From a virus (lineage: Duplodnaviria; Caudoviricetes), in IMG/VR virus record IMGVR_UViG_3300033121_001593, positions 1 to 64,000 of that record: 64,000 bases of DNA, one strand, 5' to 3'. Of this stretch, positions 27,144 to 35,306 are shown one piece after another. Position 1 is the stretch's first letter. Every line of letters starts with the position of its first letter. The notes beneath the pieces were generated by a model that was not told the origin of the DNA, made no database searches, and saw nothing but the letters and a program-made list of their open reading frames with translations. A program made the translations under genes and the position numbers.

Positions 27144-27175
27144 AGAAGTATGTCAGACGAAAGGATACCCAACCC

Positions 27176-27829
27176 ATGAAGCCTTTTTGTAGACGTGACC
27201 TGTGGGCCATCCGGCCCGGCGACGAGCTTTGGTGCTTGCTGCCCGAAGGGCACGCCGCCAAGGTCGAGATCAGCGCAATAGCGATTGACGATAGCCGCCT
27301 GCGGGCTGCGACGTCGGACGCGGCCCTGCTCGAATTCGCCAGCCCGTGGGGGATCGGCGCGGACCACCTGACCTTTGTCGCTGCCGGCAGCAAGCGGCCC
27401 GCGACGGCCTTTGTGCTCTCCGGCCCGTTACTCCCCTTGATGCGCGCCGAGACGCCGGCGGAAGCGGCCCGCCTGGCGGCGTCTTACGAGGCTCCGAGCC
27501 GCCCGACCGAGCTATTCTACTGGGGCGACGTGCGCTTCTATTCGGCCCCGGTCCTCCTGTCAGCCTCGGCCAATCCGACCGTCGAGCCGCTCATTCTGGC
27601 CCTGTGGCCAGGCGAAACGCCGGACGGCCAGACCGGTTATTTTTGGGATCAGGTCCTATGGCTGGGACCGGGCGAGCTATTTAATCGCTGGCGCTTTGCC
27701 AACGCGGGCTACTTCCCCGGCGGTAACGGTAGGTTCGTGATCGCCGGCAGCCCGGCCGCCGCCGCCGCTAAGATCGTCAAGGCCCTGGAGAGCTACGAGA
27801 AAGGCGAGGTCGACCCATGGCGCGAGTAA
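27176..27829 (+). CDS. hypothetical protein
   Basis: GAAAGGA RBS. Confidence 0.7.
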   Translation: MKPFCRRDLWAIRPGDELWCLLPEGHAAKVEISAIAIDDSRLRAATSDAALLEFASPWGIGADHLTFVAAGSKRPATAFVLSGPLLPLMRAETPAEAARLAASYEAPSRPTELFYWGDVRFYSAPVLLSASANPTVEPLILALWPGETPDGQTGYFWDQVLWLGPGELFNRWRFANAGYFPGGNGRFVIAGSPAAAAAKIVKALESYEKGEVDPWRE

Positions 27830-28083
27830 CGAAAGCCGAGGCCAAGGCGGCGGCCTCGATAGTCGAATTAGCCGCCGACCTGGCCGAGCTTGGCGAGATC
27901 ACGGCCCTGTATGAGGAGGATCGCCAGGATACGATCCGGCGCTATCAGGCCAAGCTAGACGCCATAGGCGTCGCGGCCGATAAGGCCAGCGACGCCTGGG
28001 CTGACGCCATGGACAGGCGCTGGTCCAACTGGCGCGAGGTCATCACGGCCTCGATCCCGCTAAAGGAGAATGATGAGCTATGA
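27817..28083 (+). CDS. hypothetical protein
   Basis: GAGG RBS. Confidence 0.65.
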   Translation: MARVTKAEAKAAASIVELAADLAELGEITALYEEDRQDTIRRYQAKLDAIGVAADKASDAWADAMDRRWSNWREVITASIPLKENDEL

Positions 28084-28979
28084 AGATCGCATACATCGAG
28101 AAGAACCTGGGGCAGAAGAAGCTGGCCCTGATCGCGATTGCTAACGCAATCATCGCCGACTACGAGCGCCAGGGGTATGACCTGACTCTGCGCCAGCTTT
28201 ACTACCAGATGGTGGCGGCCGGCCATATCCCGAACAACGAGCGCACTTACAAGAACTTGGGCACGGCCATCGATGACGGTCGCATGGTGGGCCTGATCGA
28301 TTGGGAGCGCATCGTAGACCGGACCCGTAACCTGGAGGGCCTGGGCCATTTCGGCAGCCCGGCCGATATCATGCGGGCCGCCGTTTATTCTTACCACGAG
28401 GACAAGTGGGCCGGCCAGGAATATCACCCCGAAGTATGGGTAGAGAAGCAGGCCCTGGCGGGCGTTGTGCAGCGCATCTGCAACCGACTGGACGTTTCCT
28501 TTTTTGCTTGCAGAGGCTACGTGAGCCAGAGCGAAATGTGGGGAGCCGCCCGGCGCTTGATGCGTCACAGAGACGCCGGCCAGCATCCCGTCATCCTCTA
28601 CCTGGGCGACCATGACCCCAGCGGGATCGACATGACGCGCGACGTCGCCGCCCGCCTGAGCCTGTTCGTAGGCGACGAGGTTGAGGTCCGCCGGCTGGCC
28701 CTGAACTGGAGCCAGATCGAGGAGTACAATCCCCCGCCCAACCCCGCCAAGCTATCGGATAGCCGGTCGACGGCCTACATCGAGGCCCATGGTGACGAAA
28801 GCTGGGAACTAGACGCCCTGCCGCCGCAGACGATCAATTCGCTGATCGAGGACGAGCTAAATGACCTGATCGACTTCGACGCCTTCGAGGCCGCCGCCGC
28901 CGCTGAGGCCAAGAACAAGGCCCTGCTGCAGGAGGCCAGCAAACGCTGGCCATCCGTGGCCCGCTTCCTGGAGAAATAG
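28080..28979 (+). CDS. TOPRIM-domain protein (topoisomerase VI-A/DUF2399-like)
   Basis: LTLRQLYYQMV..EVWVEKQAL..YLGDHDPSGIDM..WELDAL. Confidence 0.85.
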   Translation: MKIAYIEKNLGQKKLALIAIANAIIADYERQGYDLTLRQLYYQMVAAGHIPNNERTYKNLGTAIDDGRMVGLIDWERIVDRTRNLEGLGHFGSPADIMRAAVYSYHEDKWAGQEYHPEVWVEKQALAGVVQRICNRLDVSFFACRGYVSQSEMWGAARRLMRHRDAGQHPVILYLGDHDPSGIDMTRDVAARLSLFVGDEVEVRRLALNWSQIEEYNPPPNPAKLSDSRSTAYIEAHGDESWELDALPPQTINSLIEDELNDLIDFDAFEAAAAAEAKNKALLQEASKRWPSVARFLEK

Positions 28980-29050
28980 GAACGCTCCCCGGTGACCAAA
29001 CCGGGGAGCGTTTACTCCCGCCCCAAAGCGAAAGGACTCTCCCTCCCCGC
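28978..29050 (-). ncRNA. candidate anti-RBS sRNA
   Basis: Extended -10 TGGTATAAT (29064-29056); contains GAGUCCUUUCGC; terminator AACGCTCCCCGGT/ACCGGGGAGCGTT (28981-29012). Confidence 0.45.
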
Positions 29051-29121
29051 TGGCCATTATACCACAGTCAGGGGCCGAAAAACGAGTTTTGAAAAAAGCT
29101 CAAAATTTAAGGTTCAACCCC

Positions 29122-29150
29122 TTGACAAACTGAACGAATAGGAGTATGAT
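29122..29150 (+). promoter_or_regulatory. sigma70-type promoter driving the large non-coding tract
   Basis: TTGACA-17-TATGAT. Confidence 0.85.
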
Positions 29151-29159
29151 GTTCATAGT

Positions 29160-31540
29160 TAGAAAAAAGAATAGCAGCCGGGACGCAAGACACCGGACCT
29201 GAGGGCCAGAACGGACCCCAGCGAATGCGGAGAGCGAAAGCGAAGCGTCAGCCCGGAGTAAGACCAGAACCGCCCCCCCCCGACTCCTGACCGGTAAGTC
29301 CGCAAGGACGCAACCACCCCGGCATAAGGAAGCTAAGAACGGAAGGGCGGGACTGAAAAAGTTTCGGCCTTATGCTAAGGCCCCCATGAGCGAGCGGCCC
29401 AGACGGGCGGAGGCGCACAACCCTCTCTAGCCTAACGGCGAACGAGGAGGCGAACTCCGACGACGGGAACACACCACTCGCTAGGGAGCTTACAAGGAGC
29501 GGCCCGGAAGAAACGCAGGCGCACTATTCCCCCTAAAGGAAGGCGCAAGACGCGGGCCGGACCAACCCGCCCCTTGAAAGTAACCCCGGACATTATGGGG
29601 GCCTTAGCATAAGGCCGAAGACGACAATAAGCCAGGACTAGCGGGATCGGAAGCAACGAGTACCGGGTGAAGCCGGCTCAGGCGAAGCGGCACCTAGCGA
29701 GGACCGCCCGCCCCGAAAACATGAAAATGGACCGCCACCCGAAACGACATACCGTCAAGGGGATCAGGCGTAGCTAGTCACAGGATTTATCGCCTCTCTG
29801 TTGCCACAAGCGGCGGAAGTAGGATCGGCGAAGGCGGAAACGCCGGCTCGGTCCACAGCCACTGCCTCACGGGGCAGCGTATCCTAGAGATACGGGCAAC
29901 AGAGAGGCGATAAGTCAAGGATCAAAGAACTAAACCGGGCCGCCTGGGCGCTGCTCGGAGGCAAAGTTCGGTAAGCCCAAGCGGGTCGGCTAGCGCCGAA
30001 GCAGGCCGCTTGGTAAGCCAAGAGCGCCGGGGTTGGCAACTCGGCACCGAACACAGCCTCCGTCACCGGCCTACTTGGCTGCAGACAGGCGGCCCGGTTA
30101 CAAAAATTTTTCGGCTTTCTCAGTTACGCCGGACGCTCGTAGACAAGAGGCTCGGCATCGTAAGGCCATGCGAAGTGGCTCCGGCCCCGGAGAGACAAGG
30201 GGCTGGACGTAAGCCGGTAGCTCATCTCAGCCGATCTTAAGCGGGCCGGAAGGCTGGCGACTGATCGGGCACAGGAGCCTGGGCCGGGCACTACCTGGCC
30301 GGCGCAACCGAGAAAGCCGAAGGAATGCAGCGGGTCACTCAGACCTAGATCAGAGCGATAGTGTAGTATGCGACCCATAAGACGGAGGTCGCCGGCCGGC
30401 GAAGGCAAAGCCCGGAACAGGGACGGCCTAGACGGCTGAAGCATAATCAAGGGAAGCCCCCTTGACGGTGCGATGGCAGAAATCGCTCGCTCTGATCTGC
30501 GCCTGAGTAGAGATCGCCCGGCGATGCAAGCTACCCAGTCAGCGCAACGCGCCATGACTGACATTGCTAAACAGCGAGGCGAGCGGGTTGAAAGTGGAGG
30601 CGAAAAGCTCAAGGAAAAGGGCCAGCCGTTGAAATAGACGAGCGCCCTGAGCATCGCCTTCCGCCCGTCACAGCTAACAGGCGCAAAACCGGATGATACG
30701 GGCACGGGTTTGAAACGGCACCCGCCCCTAACGTTCATGGATACAACGGTCGCCGCTGATAAAGTGGGGCCTCGTATCATCCATACCAAACGACCCAGAT
30801 CGCCGGGCGCACGCCCTAGAGACACGAAGGAAGGAGTAAGCCTATGAAACGTTAGCCCTGAAGATTGGTAGCCGCCTCGCCTGTGGGGCCAGCAAGATCG
30901 CCTCACAGGAAGCCCCCGGAAGCCCGCAAGGGTAGAAGCTCTCAGGCCGCAAGGCGACAGACTCCGGCGCAGGCCGGACGGGCTGGGCAGGGTCCATAGA
31001 TAACCGGACCATCGTGAGGCGAGCAAGTCAGCACAGATCATTCGGCCCGGCCGCTGGCGCGGTTGGAAGGTTACAACGTCACGGGGACGGAAAAAACCTG
31101 GCTGGACCGAGCAACTCGACAAGGAGGCAAATCAAGCGCATAATCGACCATCTCAGAGCCGGCCCCGTGTAGGCCGGTAGGCGACACCGCATCTATCACC
31201 GACCGTCGCACGGCCGCGGGGCCTTACAACCGGGATCGGTGACCAGTAGCAGGAAAGGGCACAAGCCAGGTGAACGAACCAGACGCGGGCGGTATGCCCG
31301 CCAAACAACAAGCCGGGCCGCCGGGTATCGACAGGCGGCAGCGGGCGGGGTAGCTGAGGAACACGCTCCGGCCCCCGCCCGCTTTCAAGATTGGCCTCAG
31401 TTCAGAGGCCGCGAGCATGAGCCGAGCGTGAGCGACTCGGCAGGGGCTGGCATCCCCTTAGACCGGCGCGCATAAATGCCTGAAGTGCTGCCGGGTGCAG
31501 CGGTTCAAATCCGACATGCTCGCGGCCTCTGAACCGCGAC
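29160..31540 (+). ncRNA. large multi-module structured non-coding RNA or RNA array (~2.4 kb)
   Basis: No credible ORF; ~12 tandem modules closed by 6-25 bp helices; many GNRA-capped hairpins; purine-rich linkers. Confidence 0.8.
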
Positions 31541-31571
31541 CAATCAATTCAAGAACAGGAGCCTTCTAACT

Positions 31572-31880
31572 ATGCCCGATCTAATGCCCGTTCAGCACGT
31601 CCAGTGCGCCCAAATGGACGAGACGCAGCACTTCGGCGGATACGTCCAGACGGGCCTTTTCGACGAGCGCCGCTGGCCGGAATGCACCTGCCCGAAGTAT
31701 ACCTACACCAAGCCGACGCTCAACTTCGGCGGCCGGATGGTCAAGCCGCCCTGCAAGCATATACTGGCCGCTCAAAATACCGTCTGCCAGTATCATTCAG
31801 CGGAGGACGGGTCGCCCCTTTTCGAGGGCGTATGCCCCCGCTGCGGCGGGCCGGTTGTGCCCGTCACCGTCATGGTCTAG
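31572..31880 (+). CDS. SWIM zinc-finger protein
   Basis: ECTCP..PCKHILAA, plus CPRCGG; AGGAG RBS. Confidence 0.75.
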   Translation: MPDLMPVQHVQCAQMDETQHFGGYVQTGLFDERRWPECTCPKYTYTKPTLNFGGRMVKPPCKHILAAQNTVCQYHSAEDGSPLFEGVCPRCGGPVVPVTVMV

Positions 31881-32003
31881 CCGGCCTCGTAGCCCCAAAA
31901 ACAGGGGGTAGACGGGCTTTTCACGCCGGCCTGTGTGTGTTTCCATTCAGCCGCCTTAGCGCGGCCCACGTAGGCCGTTTAGTGGCCTAGCCTAGCCTTC
32001 TAT

Positions 32004-32086
32004 TGGCGGTTGCCTGAGAGGCCGAAAGGGGCCGGCTGTAACCCGGTCAGCGCAAGCTCTCGCAGGTCCGAATCCTGCACCGCCAA
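32004..32086 (+). tRNA. tRNA-Tyr(GTA)
   Basis: TGGCGGT/ACCGCCA acceptor, GCCGG-CTGTAAC-CCGGT, long variable arm; T-loop TCCGAAT. Confidence 0.85.
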
Positions 32087-32090
32087 CTAG

Positions 32091-32357
32091 CCGTCAGCGT
32101 ACTGGCTCAGAGCCAAACTTGCAACGTATCTCTCTCGCCCGTCAAAAAGCTCTGGCTGAGTAATCAGCGGAGCGAGAGCCTGGCCGGGTCCGTGATGTGG
32201 CGCAATTGTGCCGCAGTCACATCTGCCGCGGTTAGGTTGCCGAGAATTTCGGCGAGCCTAGTCCAGGGAAGCCGCGCAAGCGGAGCAAGTAAAACGAGGC
32301 GTCGGTACACGCCTATCGCCCGCCGCCGGTTGGCAGCCGGCACCAGTACGCTGACGG
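32091..32357 (+). ncRNA. structured RNA module (~265 nt)
   Basis: 15-bp perfect closing helix CCGTCAGCGTACTGG/CCAGTACGCTGACGG, internal hairpins. Confidence 0.7.
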
Positions 32358-32373
32358 TGACGCAAGACCTTTG

Positions 32374-32520
32374 CGGGACGTAGCTCAGGAATGGCATAGA
32401 GCGTCCGACAGACAGCCGGCACAACAGCCCCGACGACCAAGGGCCTCGGTCGGCAGCGCAGGGAATGGTCACCCCTGGGGTCAGTCGGAAGGACCGGGGT
32501 TCAAGCCCCCGGCGGCCCAG
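32374..32520 (+). ncRNA. tRNA-like RNA with 74-nt structured insert replacing the anticodon loop
   Basis: TAGCTCAG..GAGC D-arm, TCCGAC/GTCGGA stem, GGTTCAAGCC T-arm. Confidence 0.75.
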
Positions 32521-32523
32521 TTG

Positions 32524-32668
32524 GACCGGGAGTAAGGGCGGTATAGCGTGGGCGATGGGTGGCCAGGGACGCCGAATTCAGACGTCCGGCAAACCCTAAC
32601 GTGCCCAGCAAGTCACCGAGCCGCAAGGCGGAGCGACTGAGCCATAGGGCCGCCCGAAGCTCCCGGTC
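32524..32668 (+). ncRNA. structured RNA module (~145 nt)
   Basis: GACCGGGAG/CTCCCGGTC plus GGGCGG/CCGCCC closing helices, GCAA hairpin. Confidence 0.6.
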
Positions 32669-32684
32669 TTTTGAAAGTTGCCCC

Positions 32685-32712
32685 TTGACATTCTAAACGA
32701 TGGTAGTATACT
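32685..32712 (+). promoter_or_regulatory. sigma70-type phage promoter
   Basis: TTGACA-16-TATACT. Confidence 0.8.
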
Positions 32713-32745
32713 AGAATCATCTAGCAGCGAAAGGACGCCGACCAA

Positions 32746-33093
32746 ATGATACCAACTAACCGACCGAGACGACCAGACGACCGAACGACCGACCTAGCCG
32801 AAGTGAAGGCCGGCCGCCCGTTTACCTGGGGCGAAGTGATAGCCGTCCATGAGATCGGCCCCTATGCCGTGATCGAGGCCCTGCCCTGGACGCGGGACGG
32901 TGTCGCGGTGAATACCGGGACGGTCGACTATGACGCCCCCCACAACTTTCACTGCTACACCGATGGCCGGCACCTGGGCCATTCGTTCGGCAGCCTGGAG
33001 GCGGCCATTGCGCATTGCATGGCCTACAAGTTTGACGGCGCGAATAGCCAGGCCGCTTACTTCTTCTGCCGCATGATCGGAGTGAATCCATGA
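32746..33093 (+). CDS. hypothetical protein
   Basis: GCGAAAGGAC RBS. Confidence 0.75.
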   Translation: MIPTNRPRRPDDRTTDLAEVKAGRPFTWGEVIAVHEIGPYAVIEALPWTRDGVAVNTGTVDYDAPHNFHCYTDGRHLGHSFGSLEAAIAHCMAYKFDGANSQAAYFFCRMIGVNP

Positions 33094-33434
33094 GCACCCT
33101 GAGCACGGTCATTGTCTCCGAGGGCGACGGCCTCCTGGAATGGCTGCGCAGCCAGGGGATCGTTGGCACCGTGGTCGATCCGGTTGAGGCGCGCATCGAT
33201 CTGGGGCACGTCGCCGGCCGGCGCGTCGTGGGCCTCGATCCAGACGTAACCTTTGCCATGGCCAGCGCCGCCGCCGAAGTGGTCATTGTCGATCTAGGCG
33301 AGTATTCAGTGCGCTACACGACAGCGCGCGACGGGCGCGAGGAGTTGCGCTGGGTCACGTTCGGGCCGGCTTCCGAAGTCGCCGCCGTGGCCAGCCTGGC
33401 CACCTACTATGTCGCCACAGCGAGGCCCTTATGA
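33090..33434 (+). CDS. hypothetical protein
   Basis: ATGA overlap. Confidence 0.65.
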   Translation: MSTLSTVIVSEGDGLLEWLRSQGIVGTVVDPVEARIDLGHVAGRRVVGLDPDVTFAMASAAAEVVIVDLGEYSVRYTTARDGREELRWVTFGPASEVAAVASLATYYVATARPL

Positions 33435-33754
33435 AACAGATACCGCAGGATCGTCTCGATGCCCTCAAGCGCCTGGGCGTGGCCTACTACGCCGCCCGCT
33501 TCGCCATCGAGCAGGAATTCCTAGACCCCCCGATTGATCCGGCGACGTACACAACCGGCGACGTTCTTGACCGGGCGGCCTACACCGCTGGCCTGGTCGA
33601 AGTCCTGGAATACGTCGACGGGACGGCCCTGACCTTTGAGGCCCTCTGCCCGACCGAGTCCGAGCCGGATCGCTTCTGGACGGTCCAGATATTCGGCGGC
33701 CACATCTTCGAGTGCCGCCGCCGTCTGCGCTGCATGGCGGAGGCGAGCCAATGA
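33431..33754 (+). CDS. hypothetical protein
   Basis: ATGA overlap. Confidence 0.65.
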   Translation: MKQIPQDRLDALKRLGVAYYAARFAIEQEFLDPPIDPATYTTGDVLDRAAYTAGLVEVLEYVDGTALTFEALCPTESEPDRFWTVQIFGGHIFECRRRLRCMAEASQ

Positions 33755-34032
33755 CCGCACAGCATCCCGTCCAGCCGCTGGTGACCGATAGCGCCGGCAG
33801 GGTCATGTTCAAGCCTAACGCCATCGTGCAATTTCTGCTGAATGCCGGCCCGTTTGACGAAAACATGCTGAGCCTGATGCCCTGGTCGAATGAGGACCGG
33901 GTGCAACTGGCGCAGCTTCTCGGTATGTCGCTGGGCGGCTTCGCCTATCTACCCTACATCACCGACGACGACTTTAACCGGGCCAAGGCCCAACAGATCG
34001 AGGAGTTATGGAATGACGCAGACGCTGTATAG
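33751..34032 (+). CDS. conserved phage hypothetical protein
   Basis: HPVQPLV..FKPNAIVQFLL..EDRVQLAQLLG.SL.GF. Confidence 0.75.
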   Translation: MTAQHPVQPLVTDSAGRVMFKPNAIVQFLLNAGPFDENMLSLMPWSNEDRVQLAQLLGMSLGGFAYLPYITDDDFNRAKAQQIEELWNDADAV

Positions 34033-34363
34033 ATTCTACTGGGACGTTCACAGCCAAGGCGACATCGAAAGCCTGTTCATCGCCGACGACGAGGCGGTCG
34101 ATGCTGTGCTTGGTATGAACGTCTACTTTGGCGAAGTGCTCGGCAAGCACTCCGAGGTCTACGGCACGCTCGACGCCGAGGACTTGACTATCGTCAGCCA
34201 AGAGCCGGGCGTGATCGCTGATCTTGTGCGCCTGTTTGCCAGCGATAGCCGGGCGAAGCATGGCACGATCTGCGGGCTTAACCCCCTGCACTACCTGCGC
34301 GACGATGAAGGCGACGAGGTAGAATTCCCGTTGAAACTCGTCAAAACTGACCCCTTGACATAG
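34013..34363 (+). CDS. conserved phage hypothetical protein
   Basis: LYRFYWD..GDIESLFIA..VYFGEVLGKHSEVYG. Confidence 0.75.
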   Translation: MTQTLYRFYWDVHSQGDIESLFIADDEAVDAVLGMNVYFGEVLGKHSEVYGTLDAEDLTIVSQEPGVIADLVRLFASDSRAKHGTICGLNPLHYLRDDEGDEVEFPLKLVKTDPLT

Positions 34364-34382
34364 TGAATAGGCGCGGTATAAT
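34355..34382 (+). promoter_or_regulatory. promoter of tRNA / tRNA-mimic cluster
   Basis: TTGACA-16-TATAAT. Confidence 0.85.
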
Positions 34383-34418
34383 AAGAGGGTAGCAGCACAT
34401 TAACATGATCGAGTAGTA

Positions 34419-34488
34419 TGAGGCGGCAAAAGCGGAGGGCCTAAAAACCCGATGCGGGAGCCTTACGGTTCGACTCCGCAGCGCCTCA
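34419..34488 (+). ncRNA. degenerate tRNA-like element
   Basis: TGAGGCG/CGCCTCA stem, CGG-TTCGACT-CCG T-arm; no canonical D or anticodon arm. Confidence 0.4.
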
Positions 34489-34598
34489 CATGCGTCGTTC
34501 AATGAGAAGGACACGGGCCTTAAGCGAGCTGGCTCAAGTAGCCGGCAGCGCAGGGCGCGCAATGGTGGCTGAGAGTGCCACCCGCGAAATGAAAATCT

Positions 34599-34670
34599 GG
34601 GCGTTTAGTTCTAGCGGGAAAACGCTGGTTCCGCACACCAGAGTCACGAGTTCAAGTCTCGTAACGTCCA
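34599..34670 (+). tRNA. tRNA-Ala(CGC), atypical C33
   Basis: G3:U70 and A73; CTGGT-TCCGCAC-ACCAG. Confidence 0.75.
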
Positions 34671-34700
34671 CCTAGCCGGCGCAGTAGGCCGGTTCATCAT

Positions 34701-34801
34701 GGGCCTGAAGGCAGTAGACGGAGGCAATTGCCTCCCTCCGGGAGCGCGCTAAGTCCGTGAGGATGACGCGAGCGGGGTTCAAATCCCCGACGGGTCCACC
34801 A
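34701..34801 (+). ncRNA. mini tmRNA-like RNA 1 (tRNA-like domain only)
   Basis: GGGCCTG acceptor with G3:U70, stemless D-loop ending AGAC, T-arm, encoded ACCA. Confidence 0.65.
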
Positions 34802-34806
34802 AACCT

Positions 34807-34879
34807 GGGCGAGTAGCTCACTTGGGAGAGCGCCAGTCTGGCAGACTGGAGGCAGCGGGTTCGAAGCCCGCCTTGTCCA
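34807..34879 (+). tRNA. tRNA-Ala(GGC)
   Basis: G3:U70; CCAGT-CTGGCAG-ACTGG; canonical cloverleaf. Confidence 0.9.
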
Positions 34880-34927
34880 CTAGGTCGGGAAGCGAGAGGC
34901 AATCCCTCAGCGCACCGGCCGCGCCTT

Positions 34928-35011
34928 GGGGTCACTGTCGAGGCGACTTCAGCCATCACCGCTCCGGCCGGGCGGCGGCTGAAAAAGGGTTCGATTCCCT
35001 GTGGCTCCACC
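34928..35011 (+). ncRNA. mini tmRNA-like RNA 2 (tRNA-like domain only)
   Basis: GGGGTCA/TGGCTCC-A-CC with G3:U70, stemless loop ending CGAC, helix TTCAGCC/GGCTGAA, T-arm. Confidence 0.65.
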
Positions 35012-35165
35012 TAGCGTTTAGCCCGCACCTGTGACTTGTCCGTGGCCTCCTCGCCGGGGCAGCGGGCTAAACGCGAAAAGCCTGGCCGGCCCGATACGTA
35101 TTAATCGGCAGCCGTGCCGCCCGCGTTCAGCGCGCCGGCCGGGCATCATGAGCCAGGAGGCCAGA

Positions 35166-35306
35166 ATGGTCTATCACGAATTCATTGTAGACGGTCGGCC
35201 TCGCCGGCACAAGACCCTTGACGAGTATCTTCGGCGGGGCCTGAGAAAGTGGCGGCAATCGACGCGAGTCGTACCCCGCCGCATGAAGTGGTGGCGCGTG
35301 ACTTGA
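35166..35306 (+). CDS. small basic protein (46 aa)
   Basis: AGGAGG RBS 5 nt before ATG. Confidence 0.4.
   Translation: MVYHEFIVDGRPRRHKTLDEYLRRGLRKWRQSTRVVPRRMKWWRVT

Noticed and set aside
30124-31122. 332-aa minus-strand ORF across the RNA tract
   Set aside because: Low-complexity R/S/P/L composition, non-ATG start, antisense to the strong promoter; the helix pattern explains the region better
29160-31540. rRNA fragment, RNase P RNA, group I/II intron or CRISPR array
   Set aside because: No recognisable rRNA, GAGGAAAGUCC or domain V consensus, and no direct repeats with spacers; an Rfam search is still needed
34419-34488. Amber suppressor or pyrrolysine tRNA (CTA in loop)
   Set aside because: Arm geometry is not canonical and TAG is used as a normal stop throughout the window
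34749-34767. Hammerhead-like GTCCGTGAGGA
   Set aside because: Lacks the CUGAUGA and GAAA core; just a GUGA tetraloop hairpin
35015-35074. HDV-like/theta ribozyme after a tRNA-like element (GCCTCCTCGC resembles P3/L3)
   Set aside because: No GG for P1.1 after the P1 3' strand and no convincing P2 or P4; kept only as a hairpin
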